DNA of 32,000 nt from an uncultured Chloroflexia bacterium (GTDB taxonomy: Bacteria; Chloroflexota; Anaerolineae; Anaerolineales; Anaerolineaceae): contig OY969938.1 in the NCBI GenBank assembly GCA_963704755.1, positions 2,640,001 through 2,672,000 on the forward strand, given 5' to 3'. The notes under the pieces are model-generated. The model was not told the origin of the DNA, did not search any database, and saw only the letters and a program-made list of their open reading frames with translations. Positions 8,400 to 18,004 of the stretch are shown one piece after another. The stretch's first letter is position 1; the number at the start of each line of letters is the position of its first letter. A program made the translations under genes and the position numbers.

Positions 8400-9116
8400 T
8401 TATTGACTACCAGCCAGCAGCTCCTGCAGGCGCGGGTGCCCGGCGTAAACGCCGTGGTAGCTTTCTGGCAGCAAGGCAGCGATGCGGCACATGATTTCGT
8501 CGGTCTGGCGCTTGAGGTCTTCTTCGCGGTTATCCCGTGAAAACGGCGGCAGGCGAAAGGCCTTGCCGAAGCGGACGACGATCCTGGCGGTGCGCAGCCG
8601 CAGCAGGTTGGGGATGGCCTTTTCGGTGCCCCAAATGCCGACCGGCACGATCGGCACCCGGCCGCGGTGCGCCAGCAGCACGGTGCCCGACTTGCCTTCC
8701 AACAGCGAGGAAGTCTCACTGCGAGTGCCTTCCGGGGCAATTCCCAGGGCTCGGCCGTGGTTGAGCGCATCCAGCGCCTCGCCAAAAGCCGAAAAATCGG
8801 CTTTGGTGCGGTCCAGCCAGATGCCGCCGCCGGTGGTCACAAACCAGCGCAGGAAAGGATAACCGAGATATTTGTCGGCGACCAGGGCCGTAATATCCGG
8901 CCGCAGGGGGTTGATGAACAATACCGGAATGTCCAGGCGGCTGACATGGTTGGTGGCGATGATCAGCCCGCCATCCGGGGGGATATTCTCGACGCCGACG
9001 AATTCGGTGCGGGTTAAAACCTTGAACAGAAAAACCACCAGTTTTTGCAGCTTGTTACGGTTTATCAAGCCCTTTTGGCTCGCGATAGGCCGTCCGTTCA
9101 ATGTCTTTTCCACCAT
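8400..9116 (-). CDS. plsC: 1-acyl-sn-glycerol-3-phosphate acyltransferase (PlsC/LPLAT family)
   Basis: HX4D motif NHVSRLD and an APEGTRS motif in a 238-aa ORF. Confidence 0.85.
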   Translation of the reverse strand: MVEKTLNGRPIASQKGLINRNKLQKLVVFLFKVLTRTEFVGVENIPPDGGLIIATNHVSRLDIPVLFINPLRPDITALVADKYLGYPFLRWFVTTGGGIWLDRTKADFSAFGEALDALNHGRALGIAPEGTRSETSSLLEGKSGTVLLAHRGRVPIVPVGIWGTEKAIPNLLRLRTARIVVRFGKAFRLPPFSRDNREEDLKRQTDEIMCRIAALLPESYHGVYAGHPRLQELLAGSQ

Positions 9117-9161
9117 ATTCTTCCTTTGCCTTTCCTGAAGGGGGTTCCGGGTTCCCTCTAA

Positions 9162-9830
9162 TTATAATTCGCCTTCAACACTCGGTTTAGCTTTACCTTT
9201 TTGGCTGCGGCCCTTGATCGCTTCCACGACGGCAGGGATCACCGAAATCACCACGATGGCGATAATGACCAGCGAGAAATTGTGTTCCACGATCGGCAGG
9301 CCGCCGAAGAAGTAGCCCGCCCACAGGAACAGGCTGGTCCACAAGAAACCGCCGATGAAGTTGTAGGTGATGAAATACCCATAGCGCATCTTGCCGATGC
9401 CGGCCACGAAGGGCGCAAACGTGCGGATGATGGGGATGAAGCGGGCCAGCAGGATCGTTTTGCCGCCGTATTTCTCGTAAAAGCCCTGGGCGCGTTCCAG
9501 GTATTCGCGCTTCAGCCAGCGTACGTCCTCGCGGAACACCCGCGGGCCGACGTAATGGCCGATCCAGTAATTGGCCGTGTCGCCCAGGATGGCGGCCAGG
9601 GACATCATGATCCACAGGGCAAAGACGTTCAGCGAACCTTTGGCGGCAAATGCGCCGGCGGCAAAGAGCAGTAAATCACCCGGCAGGAAGGGGGTCACCA
9701 CCAATCCGGTCTCGATGAAGATGACCACAAAAAGCACACCGTACGTCCAGAAACCGACGCTACGGATGATCAGGTCGAGGTAGCGATCGATGTGGAGGAC
9801 AAAGTCAACAACAAATTTAAGCCATTGCAT
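9162..9830 (-). CDS. DedA-family membrane protein
   Basis: 222-aa polytopic ORF with the DedA signature (VVTPFLPGDLLLFAAGAFA ... GKTILLARFIPIIRTFAPFVAG). Confidence 0.85.
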   Translation of the reverse strand: MQWLKFVVDFVLHIDRYLDLIIRSVGFWTYGVLFVVIFIETGLVVTPFLPGDLLLFAAGAFAAKGSLNVFALWIMMSLAAILGDTANYWIGHYVGPRVFREDVRWLKREYLERAQGFYEKYGGKTILLARFIPIIRTFAPFVAGIGKMRYGYFITYNFIGGFLWTSLFLWAGYFFGGLPIVEHNFSLVIIAIVVISVIPAVVEAIKGRSQKGKAKPSVEGEL

Positions 9831-9851
9831 AGGTCTTGGTTCCTTAACCCG

Positions 9852-11168
9852 TTATTCGTCGTCCGGTTGCGAACCGGTTTGGGGCGCATCAGAATTAACG
9901 GTGTCTGTCCCTTCGAGAAGGGCGGGTTCGGTTGAGGTTTCCACAGCGGCGGCTAAGGTCTGCCGGCGGAAGATATGGCGGTTGAAACCGCTCAAAATGC
10001 TAAGGTTGAGGGGCACCAGTACGACCAGGATGACCACGGCCACTTCGGCCAGGGCGGTTTCGATCCCGCTGCTCAGGCCAAACGGTACCATGCTGGCTCC
10101 CACGCCGGCCATGATGCTGGCGGCGTTCCAGCTACCGTGCAGGGTGACCCCTGCCAGATAGACCAGAACCAGTTTATACAAATTACGCCGGCTCTGAACG
10201 GCCGAGGCGATGCCCCAGCCGACCATACCGGCGGTGGTCACGTGCAGTAAACCGGTGCCGACCCGCACCAGCAGGGCCAAGGTAGCCGAGCCATCCCCAT
10301 TGGCGCTGGTCGAATTGAGCGCTGAAAAGCTTTCCAGAAAAGCAAAACTGGCCCCACACAGGATGCCGGCTACAAAACCTTCCCCAGGTGTCATCCGGTC
10401 ACCGGCGAACAGCCACACGGCCAGGGTCTTCATACCTTCTTCGACCAGCGGGATGACTCCCGAAATGACGACGAAGACCCACAGAAGGATGGCCGGTTGC
10501 TGGATAAAGCTGCTCAGCGAGTTGATAATCGTTTGCGGATCGGGCGTGGTATTGGAATACAACTGCGCGTACATGCGCAACTGGCCCATTAATTCAGGCT
10601 GGGTGGACAGGTAGGCGGCCATAATGACGAATACCACGATCAGGGCGATCACCGAGACGACCAGGACGGCCGGCATGGTAAACGTCAGGCTAAAGCCAAT
10701 GATTCCCCAGGACCGTTCCGCCGGGGCCTGTTTCAGGCGCCGCCGGGCAAATTCCACCAGCCACCAGATCGGCAAAGCCGTGGCGATGGCCGCCAGTGGG
10801 GGCAGCAGCAGCCAGGACAGGCTGCTGCGTTCCAGCAGGTAAAACAAGCCGACCAGCAGCACCCAGACTGCCATCCCGATGCTGGCGTTACGCAGGCCGT
10901 GCAGGCTCGCGCGCGGGGTCACGCTTATATTGGCCAGTTTGCGGATAGAAATCACGATGATGGGGATGCAGAACCCGGCCACAGCCAGCGATTCCCAGGC
11001 CAGGAAGATCAGCATACTGGCGTTCGATTCCTGCACGCCGGTGTTAGCCCGGGAAATCACCCCCAAAACCATCAGGATCACAAAACCTAAAAATGCGATC
11101 AATCCGCTCAACGCGCAGACGATCAGTAAAACCCAACTACGCCAGCGTGGGCTGTTTACGGCTTCCAT
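9852..11168 (-). CDS. PrsW-family intramembrane protease-like protein
   Basis: 438-aa polytopic ORF carrying the PrsW-type motifs EEGMK (EExxK), FAFLES (FxxxE), LLHVTTAG and LHGSWN (HxxxN). Confidence 0.65.
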   Translation of the reverse strand: MEAVNSPRWRSWVLLIVCALSGLIAFLGFVILMVLGVISRANTGVQESNASMLIFLAWESLAVAGFCIPIIVISIRKLANISVTPRASLHGLRNASIGMAVWVLLVGLFYLLERSSLSWLLLPPLAAIATALPIWWLVEFARRRLKQAPAERSWGIIGFSLTFTMPAVLVVSVIALIVVFVIMAAYLSTQPELMGQLRMYAQLYSNTTPDPQTIINSLSSFIQQPAILLWVFVVISGVIPLVEEGMKTLAVWLFAGDRMTPGEGFVAGILCGASFAFLESFSALNSTSANGDGSATLALLVRVGTGLLHVTTAGMVGWGIASAVQSRRNLYKLVLVYLAGVTLHGSWNAASIMAGVGASMVPFGLSSGIETALAEVAVVILVVLVPLNLSILSGFNRHIFRRQTLAAAVETSTEPALLEGTDTVNSDAPQTGSQPDDE

Positions 11169-11174
11169 TTTTAC

Positions 11175-12449
11175 TTAATTCTCCTCGATGAGGATTGTTT
11201 TGATCAGCGTCCCTTGCGGCAGGCTGGTCGTCGATGAGGATGTCGGATCACGTGCGGTCAGTTTTTCCGCCACGTCCATGCCGCTGGTTACTTCACCAAA
11301 AATGGTGTAATTCCCATTCAATTGCGAAATGGGCTCGAAAGTAATGAAGAACTGGCTCCCATTAGTATCCGCACCAGAATTGGCCATGCCGAGCAGGCCG
11401 GCTCGATCGAAGGTGAGGTCGTCCGTGGTCTCGTTGGCGAAGGAATAGCCCGGTCCGCCTAGCCCGGTTCCGCTGGGGTCGCCGGCCTGGGCAATGTAGC
11501 CGGGCAGCACGCGGTGGAAAGTCACCCCATCGTAAAAACCTTGCCGGGCGAGGAAGATGAAATTATTCACGGCCAGGGGGGCCTTATCCGGGTAAAGTTT
11601 GAGGGTAATATCGCCGATCTCGGTCTGGATGGTGGCCGTGTAGGTCTTGGCCGGGTCTACGGTCATCGGCGGGCAGGCATCGAACTGCTTCGGGCGGATT
11701 TTGGCCACGTCCAGGATGGCCTGCAGGGTTTCGGGTGAATAGGGGATCTGGTCGTTGTGGGTAAAGATCAGGTCGTTCCCCAGGAAAATGATCAAGGAAG
11801 GCGTTTGGAACAAGGCGATGTCGATGCCTTGCTGCTGGTCTTCCTTTACGCGGGCCACAACTTCGTCCGAATGGATATCTTGCTTGAAGCGGTCGACGTC
11901 CAGGCTGAGCGAAGCAGCATTATCGTACAACCAGTTTTCGAAATCACCTGAGCTCATCATGCTCCAGGCTGCCCAATTGGTGGGGTCGAAAAGAAAATCG
12001 TGCATCTCCCAGAATTTATCCTGCAAACCGGCGGCTTCGGCCGCCTGGGCAGCCAGGATACTTTTATCGTGCTGGCTGAGCGGGAAATGGCGATAGACTT
12101 CTCGGACTTCGCCCGGGTTATCGTCCTCGAACTGCTTGATGAGCGGCCCCGCCTGAGCGCAGGCCGGGCATTGAAAATCGCTGTATTCCAGGATGGTCAT
12201 CGTCGCCGTTTCCGGTCCGCGCGACCAGTCCTGGTCGCTGATGGGTGTAAGATGGATGCTCTGCGGATCGACCGGGGTGGTGAACATGCTGCCTACCTGG
12301 CAGGCCATCGCCGGCACGTTCGCAGCGGTGGGTTTGGCCGGAACAGGCGTGGCAGTGACCGAGGTAGTTGGCGCCGGTGCAGCCGTTTGGGCGCAGCCGG
12401 TCAGCGCCAGGGCAGCGACGAGCAGGATGAGGATCCAGGATTTATGCAT
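11175..12449 (-). CDS. Lipoprotein fusing a DsbA/thioredoxin-like domain (CPAC) to a cyclophilin-type peptidyl-prolyl isomerase
   Basis: Lipobox LALTGC. Thioredoxin-fold motif YSDFQCPACAQ. C-terminal cyclophilin motifs FHRVLPGYIAQAGDP, GGPGYSFANE and LGMANSGADTNGSQFFIT. Confidence 0.85.
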   Translation of the reverse strand: MHKSWILILLVAALALTGCAQTAAPAPTTSVTATPVPAKPTAANVPAMACQVGSMFTTPVDPQSIHLTPISDQDWSRGPETATMTILEYSDFQCPACAQAGPLIKQFEDDNPGEVREVYRHFPLSQHDKSILAAQAAEAAGLQDKFWEMHDFLFDPTNWAAWSMMSSGDFENWLYDNAASLSLDVDRFKQDIHSDEVVARVKEDQQQGIDIALFQTPSLIIFLGNDLIFTHNDQIPYSPETLQAILDVAKIRPKQFDACPPMTVDPAKTYTATIQTEIGDITLKLYPDKAPLAVNNFIFLARQGFYDGVTFHRVLPGYIAQAGDPSGTGLGGPGYSFANETTDDLTFDRAGLLGMANSGADTNGSQFFITFEPISQLNGNYTIFGEVTSGMDVAEKLTARDPTSSSTTSLPQGTLIKTILIEEN

Positions 12450-12516
12450 GAGGGGGGTACCTTTCGGACAGGTGGGAAAATAGCTCTTCCAGCGAGAATC
12501 GAGCTGCTTTGGAATA

Positions 12517-13131
12517 TCAAAAATTCAGGCGGGATTGGATAACCTGCCGCAGGTCCGATTGTACCATTCCAGGCGCCTGGCCGGCATCGACGGATGCCCA
12601 GCGCTCGGGTTCCTGGCACATCAGCTCTTTGTAGCCGGCGCGGACACGCCGGTGAAATTCCTCGGTATAAGCATCCATGCGGGTCCACTCGCCGGCGTTC
12701 TGCTTGCGGTGTAAACCGCATTGGGTATCCACATCCAGCAGGATAGTCAGGTCAGGCTGCAAACCGCCGGTGGCGAACTTCAACATACTGCGCAGCATAG
12801 CCAGGTCCAACCCCTGGCCGTAGCCCTGGTAAGCCAGGGTCGAATCGGTGTAGCGGTCGCACAGGATCACTTTACCGGCCTCCAGGGCCGGCCGCATGAC
12901 CTCCTCGACCAGTTGAGCCCGGGAGGCTAAAAATAACAGAATTTCTGTTCGGGGGTGCATGGACGTGTTTTTCAGGTTCATAAGCACCTCCCGAATTTGC
13001 TCGCTGATGGCCGTACCGCCGGGCTCGCGTAAAGTGAGCACGTCATATCCCTTCTGCCGCAAAAAGTCTGCCAGCGGGCCAATTTGAGACGTTTTGCCGC
13101 TGCCTTCAGGGCCTTCCAATGTGATGAACAA
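12517..13131 (-). CDS. tmk: dTMP (thymidylate) kinase
   Basis: MFITLEGPEGSGKTSQ P-loop, LREPGGT and DRY motifs, 204 aa. Confidence 0.92.
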   Translation of the reverse strand: MFITLEGPEGSGKTSQIGPLADFLRQKGYDVLTLREPGGTAISEQIREVLMNLKNTSMHPRTEILLFLASRAQLVEEVMRPALEAGKVILCDRYTDSTLAYQGYGQGLDLAMLRSMLKFATGGLQPDLTILLDVDTQCGLHRKQNAGEWTRMDAYTEEFHRRVRAGYKELMCQEPERWASVDAGQAPGMVQSDLRQVIQSRLNF

Positions 13132-13164
13132 TGCCTTGCTGCTCCTTGTAAGGTGGGGATTGGG

Positions 13165-14799
13165 TTACTCGCGGAAAATGCGCACGCGCCGGTTGGGCTC
13201 TTTACCGTAGGAATGGGAGACGAGCTGCGCCTGGCGGACCAATTCATGCTGCATGCGCCGGATCGAAGAAGTAGCTGGCGGCAGGTCGATGAAACGCTGG
13301 CCGTTCAAGACGGTTTGGATGGCCACCTGGGTTTGGGCAGCGATAATTTCCCACTCGGTCGCGCTGCTTTCCGAGCTCAGGTTGAATAATTCGGCCAGAG
13401 ATTGCTCTAGCTGGTTGGTGGTATTGGCCCGCAGGACGTAGATGGGCATGCTGCGCTCTTCAGCCTCGACCACCGGCTGCTGGCGGGAGCGGTAGTAGGT
13501 GCGCAGCGTCATCAACACGTCCGCTTCTTCTAACTCGTGGACGACGACGGCCGGCACTCCCAGGTGGCGGGCGGCCTGGATCAGGCGGTTGCGGGCCACC
13601 CCAAAGGCATAAATGCGAATCGGTTTAAGGCCTGCGGTTTGGGTGACGGTTTCGGGCTGGATCTCATCGGATTCGAATAAAGCCGCGGTGACCTGCGCCG
13701 GAGCCGTGGCGCGCACCTTGCGCCCAATCGGCTGGGTATCGCTGCCGTTGTTGGCAAAAGCGCGGTGCGAGGTTTGCGGCAGCGCGTGCTGCGGGTTGGC
13801 TGGCGGCTTTTCTATGTGGATCTCGCCATCGTCGTTGCGATAGCGCACCTCGGGCTGCAGCGGGTAGCCGCGCACCAGTGCGTCCACCGCGGCGGCCACG
13901 TCCGCGTGGACGTGCATGCGGTCGCGCTCCTGGATCTCGATCAATACATCGAATGTAGGCGGCGAGCGCCGTTCCAGCACGGTCTTTTGCGTCCCGCGCC
14001 GGCGGGCTTCTTCGTCGGAAAGGGTCACCGATTCGATCCCACCGACCAGGTCGGAGAGGGTCGGGTTGAGCAGCAGGTTTTCCAGCGAGCGCCCGTGGGC
14101 GGTGGCGACCAGTTGCACGCCTCGTTCTGCGATGGTACGGGCAGCCATGGCTTCCAGCTCGCGGCCGATCTCGTCGATGATGATCACTTCCGGGTTGTGG
14201 TTTTCGACCGCTTCGATCATCACTTCGTGCTGCAGTGAGGGTTTGGCCACCTGCATCCGGCGAGCCCGTCCCACGGCCGGGTGGGGCACGTCCCCGTCCC
14301 CGCCGATCTCGTTGGAGGTGTCCACGATAATCACGCGCAGCTTTTCGGCCAGGATGCGGGCGCTTTCGCGCAGCATAGTGGTCTTGCCGATGCCCGGCCG
14401 GCCCAGCAGCAAGATGCTCTTACCGGATTCGACCAGGTCTTGAATGATATCGATGGTGCCGTAAACTGCCCGCCCGACCCGGCAGGTCAGGCCAACGATG
14501 CGGCCATGCCGGTTGCGGATGGCAGAGATGCGGTGCAGGGTGCGCTCCATCCCGGCGCGGTTGTCCGCGTCGAACTCACCGATCATCGCGGTGATCGCAT
14601 CGATTTCTTCGTGGGTAATCTCCAGGTCGCTCAGCACCACTTCCCGGTTGACGAAGCGGGCCACCGGCACCCGCCCCAAATCCAGGATGATTTCTTGCAG
14701 ATTATCTGAATCGTCTGCTTTGAGCACAGCGGCGCTGATCTTGGGAGGAAATACATCCATCAACACTTCCAGGTCGTCTGTGATTCTTCTTTGTGTCAT
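13165..14799 (-). CDS. AAA/P-loop ATPase with a C-terminal R3H-like domain (Ycf45/SpoIIIAA-like)
   Basis: Walker A LLLGRPGIGKTTMLRE and Walker B VIIIDEIG. The C-terminal LVRQAQLVSHSYGKEPNRRVRIF resembles an R3H nucleic-acid-binding domain. Confidence 0.8.
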   Translation of the reverse strand: MTQRRITDDLEVLMDVFPPKISAAVLKADDSDNLQEIILDLGRVPVARFVNREVVLSDLEITHEEIDAITAMIGEFDADNRAGMERTLHRISAIRNRHGRIVGLTCRVGRAVYGTIDIIQDLVESGKSILLLGRPGIGKTTMLRESARILAEKLRVIIVDTSNEIGGDGDVPHPAVGRARRMQVAKPSLQHEVMIEAVENHNPEVIIIDEIGRELEAMAARTIAERGVQLVATAHGRSLENLLLNPTLSDLVGGIESVTLSDEEARRRGTQKTVLERRSPPTFDVLIEIQERDRMHVHADVAAAVDALVRGYPLQPEVRYRNDDGEIHIEKPPANPQHALPQTSHRAFANNGSDTQPIGRKVRATAPAQVTAALFESDEIQPETVTQTAGLKPIRIYAFGVARNRLIQAARHLGVPAVVVHELEEADVLMTLRTYYRSRQQPVVEAEERSMPIYVLRANTTNQLEQSLAELFNLSSESSATEWEIIAAQTQVAIQTVLNGQRFIDLPPATSSIRRMQHELVRQAQLVSHSYGKEPNRRVRIFRE

Positions 14800-14829
14800 G
14801 GGGTAATAAAAAACTTCCTTTGCAAGTTT

Positions 14830-15900
14830 TTAATGGTCTTTAACAGGTTCACCGGTTGCTTCCAGATGCTGCTGGACCAACGATGAAGGTTGGTCCCCAC
14901 CGGATGGGCAAAGCATGGCCGGTTGGTGTTTGTTCAATACGGCCTGCCGGGTGGCAAAGACCGGCTCGCGCTGAATAATGGCCAGGTGTTTGACCATTAA
15001 TGCCTGGCGTTGGGCCACTTCGGCGCCCATTTCGGCCAGGGCATTTTCGATCCAGGCCTGGTAGGAGCGCACCGAGATGTAAATGGGCCGGCCCAACTGG
15101 AAGGGGATCGCGTTGACCAGTGAGGTGAGCAGCAAGGCCACGTCGGTAACGCCCGGGTGGACCAGCGGCAGCAGGTAGATGCCGTGCGGCCCATATATCG
15201 GGGCGATGTAAGCCAGCAGTTCGCCGTGGTCGGCGTATACCAGGCCCTCGTCCAGGTGGTTCGTTTGCGGTTCGGCGCTCTGCACCAGCGGCGGCACCAG
15301 CGATTGGTACAGCGTGTGAATGGGAATGCTGTCCAGGTCGCCGGTGTTTTCCCACAGGTTGGGGCTTGGGGTGGGGGGATTGGTGGGCGAGAGCTTCCAC
15401 ACCCGCTGCCAGGAGTACAGGCTAAAGCCGGCCTTACGCAGGCCCTCGATCGCGGGGCTGTTTTCGTCCACTTCGGCCAGCAGGCTGCACGCGCCGCGCG
15501 CGCCGGCTTCCCAGGCCAGGTTTTCCATCAAGGCAACCAGCCCGGGCGTGTCCAGCCCGCGCTGCGGCATCACAAAAGCCAGGTGGGCGGTCCGTTCGCT
15601 GTTGGAATAGCGCAATTGACCCACCAGAGGGGGTGTCCCGCCACCCTGGCGCAAAATACAGGTGTAACTGCCCTGTTCGAAGCGCAATGAATCCAACATG
15701 GCCCAGGGCCCAACCGGGTTGCCGCGGGTGAGGGCCAGGGCCGTATCCAGGCACTGGACTTCATTGCGGAACCTGTAGATGGTCAGAAGGTCATGCCAGG
15801 CAAGAGGGCGTGCGTCGATTTTACTTGCTCCATTTCTCAGCCTTGCCCGGGGTTGGTTTAGACGGAAGCCGCCTTTGAAAATGAATTCGTAGGGCGGCAA
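14830..15900 (-). CDS. Hypothetical protein with a GNAT-like acetyltransferase fold
   Basis: 356-aa ORF with a TTG start as in the track. GLVALMENLAWEAGARGACSLLAEVDENSPAIEGLRKAGFSLYSWQRVW resembles a GNAT core. The start codon is uncertain. Confidence 0.5.
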   Translation of the reverse strand: MPPYEFIFKGGFRLNQPRARLRNGASKIDARPLAWHDLLTIYRFRNEVQCLDTALALTRGNPVGPWAMLDSLRFEQGSYTCILRQGGGTPPLVGQLRYSNSERTAHLAFVMPQRGLDTPGLVALMENLAWEAGARGACSLLAEVDENSPAIEGLRKAGFSLYSWQRVWKLSPTNPPTPSPNLWENTGDLDSIPIHTLYQSLVPPLVQSAEPQTNHLDEGLVYADHGELLAYIAPIYGPHGIYLLPLVHPGVTDVALLLTSLVNAIPFQLGRPIYISVRSYQAWIENALAEMGAEVAQRQALMVKHLAIIQREPVFATRQAVLNKHQPAMLCPSGGDQPSSLVQQHLEATGEPVKDH

Positions 15901-16331
15901 GGACAGGAAAGACCGGCAAACGCCGGGTTAGCTGAGGTAAATTATCGGTCATCAAGTCGATGGATCAACCGCCGTGACGGCGCATCCAGCGTGTGAATTG
16001 ATTCTACCACGGGTGAAAACCCGCTTCAACTTGAGCAGCAGGGGAAGAGATTAGAGATTTGTTAATAAAGCGGTTAGCGGGTAATAGTTGTAGGATGGGT
16101 GCAGGGCTTGTTTGTGACAAAAGCAATGCACAGAACGCCAGCCAGTTAATACATTGCCCGAAACCCATCGCTATCGAAAATAGCTTTTTAATCGTCATAT
16201 TGAGCATCGATTTTTGCCCTAAAGTATCTGGCAATAAAATTGCAAAATCCCTTTGTTGTGCCCCAAACTCACTTTGCGATAACCAAACCCCGCCCAGCTT
16301 ACCAATAGGTTAAAAATGCCAAAAAAACGTA

Positions 16332-17708
16332 TCACCTATCATTTTTCTTATAACAGGTCTTTTCTTTATGGCTTAGCCGACCATATTGTCGTATCTTCGC
16401 CGCTTGATCCAATGTATAGTAATAGGATCCACAACAATAGGGAGGAACAATATTTAATACCTTTGACCAGTCATTTACTGTCGAAGTTTTGACACCTAGT
16501 TCACTTGCCAAATTTGAACTACTAATGATCTCACCATGTTGTTTTATCTGACGGAACTCTTTTAATTCGCCTTGCCTTTTAACCCATTGCGGATTACTTC
16601 TTTTTAATTCAAGTTGTTGTTGATGATATTCCCTTTGTTGTTTCCGAATTGCTAATAATTCCTCTGCTTTTAGTTTGATCAAAGACTTTTCCAATAATGA
16701 AATATTCTTCTTTTGAAGGGCTAAACCCGATTGAAACTCATAACACATTCTTTCAGTGACCAAATTCTTGGGAAAAATTGATAATCTAGCAAGCCCCTCT
16801 GTTATTTCACCCCACCTAACGGCAGCTTCAATGTCTTTAATTTGTATTTTATTAAACGCATTTCCGTGAAGAAATAAATCACGAGTTAATTCAACATCAT
16901 TACGACAATAATCGGTAACTTCTTTGACTTTCCCTTCTTTAAAAAATTGCGGTGCTTGAAGTGCACTCCCTGATTTGCACTTTCCTAAAGTAGCTCTGGC
17001 CAAGTTATCCAAAGTAACTCGAAAGCCAGGTATATTCATCATTCCTTTTTCCCAAATTGAGACGTCCCACAGCTCAAATTTTCTGTTCCCTCTTATACTT
17101 TGCCACAAAGCTCGAAGGTCGGCGGGTGTATGTGAAAAACCACGACATCTCAATTCATTCTCAATCCACTGAAGAAACAAACCCCACCTTGCATGCGCCA
17201 ACAAATCGACTGTTTTATAGCCAAGCAATTCGCGAACTCCTGGAACATATCGTTCCAGAACGCAATAGTCAAAATTGATTAAGTTAGCACCTACAATAAA
17301 AGGATATCGAGAAAGTTCTTGAACCAATGCTTCCACTCTCGACTCTGACCAAAACCGAAAAGAGTGCTGTTCATCCCAGGTAACTGCAACAGCTAAACAT
17401 AATCTGCGAGTCATCATCGAACGCCAATTGTCAAATAATGGGGAAATGCCATCTAACTCGTTTAGGCAAAAATCATAATACAGTTCTGAATCACTTATAT
17501 CATGGCCATGAGAACAATATTTCTTTATGGTATCGACGGATTTAAATTGTGCATTACCATAAAACGTCCACCAAACTGGGACCTTCGGTATCCCATTCTT
17601 TTCGATCGTGGCCCATTCAGTAGCCGACAATTTTTCAAGGCTTTTAACAGATTCTTTGGCGTCTTTAAACAATCGCTGTGTTTCAAGATCAAATACTATT
17701 CCGTTCAT
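16332..17708 (-). CDS. DEDDy-type (RNase H-fold, YprB/PolB-exo-like) 3'-5' exonuclease domain + coiled coil + C-terminal excisionase/MerR-like HTH
   Basis: Exo I VFDLET (D7, E9), Exo II NLINFDYCVL, Exo III YCRNDVELTRDLF (Yx3D). A K/E/Q-rich coiled-coil-like stretch follows (KLKAEELLAIRKQQREYHQQQLELKR). The HTH candidate is ISSSNLASELGVKTSTVNDWSKVL...YYYTLDQAAKIRQY. The gene is strikingly AT-rich relative to its flanks. Confidence 0.7.
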   Translation of the reverse strand: MNGIVFDLETQRLFKDAKESVKSLEKLSATEWATIEKNGIPKVPVWWTFYGNAQFKSVDTIKKYCSHGHDISDSELYYDFCLNELDGISPLFDNWRSMMTRRLCLAVAVTWDEQHSFRFWSESRVEALVQELSRYPFIVGANLINFDYCVLERYVPGVRELLGYKTVDLLAHARWGLFLQWIENELRCRGFSHTPADLRALWQSIRGNRKFELWDVSIWEKGMMNIPGFRVTLDNLARATLGKCKSGSALQAPQFFKEGKVKEVTDYCRNDVELTRDLFLHGNAFNKIQIKDIEAAVRWGEITEGLARLSIFPKNLVTERMCYEFQSGLALQKKNISLLEKSLIKLKAEELLAIRKQQREYHQQQLELKRSNPQWVKRQGELKEFRQIKQHGEIISSSNLASELGVKTSTVNDWSKVLNIVPPYCCGSYYYTLDQAAKIRQYGRLSHKEKTCYKKNDR

Positions 17709-17936
17709 AAACCTGGGCCATTTTCCGTGAAGAATTCTAGTGTATGCATAGAGTAGTTGAGGGTGTAAATGGCATTTCAGTGATATATAAAACTACTTGT
17801 CTTCTACTTTCTACTCGTACCCCCTTTTTGGGTCATTGGCGGGTTACGGGCAACGAATCAAACGGTAAACAACCTTATTCTTAGCCAATATTCCTAAAGA
17901 GCCCTGCACCCACTCTACGCAGAGGTCATGCCCGGA

Positions 17937-17998
17937 CACTGAATCACGGAATCACCGAATCACTAAATCACCGACCCTGACATCCGACACTTAATCAC
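17937..17998. repeat. Family B repeat: four tandem octamers NRAATCAC followed by a CCCTGACATCCGACAC motif
   Basis: tgaatcac ggaatcac cgaatcac taaatcac (17940-17971). The same motifs (CTGAATCACCGAATCAC, CCTGACACC) occur at 25085-25118. Confidence 0.75.
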
Positions 17999-18004
17999 AT
18001 TCTT

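Noticed and set aside
8384-8785. ORF 8384..8785(-) and the + strand ORFs across 8228..9138
   Set aside because: They are nested in or antisense to the PlsC-family gene, which has HX4D and PEGTR motifs. Their composition is typical of off-frame translation.
16004-16313. Small ORFs 16004..16234(-) and 16059..16313(+) in the AT-rich island
   Set aside because: They overlap each other on opposite strands, I could find no convincing RBS, and they are short. The minus-strand one is hydrophobic and co-oriented with the exonuclease gene, so it is mentioned in the island finding but not called as a gene.
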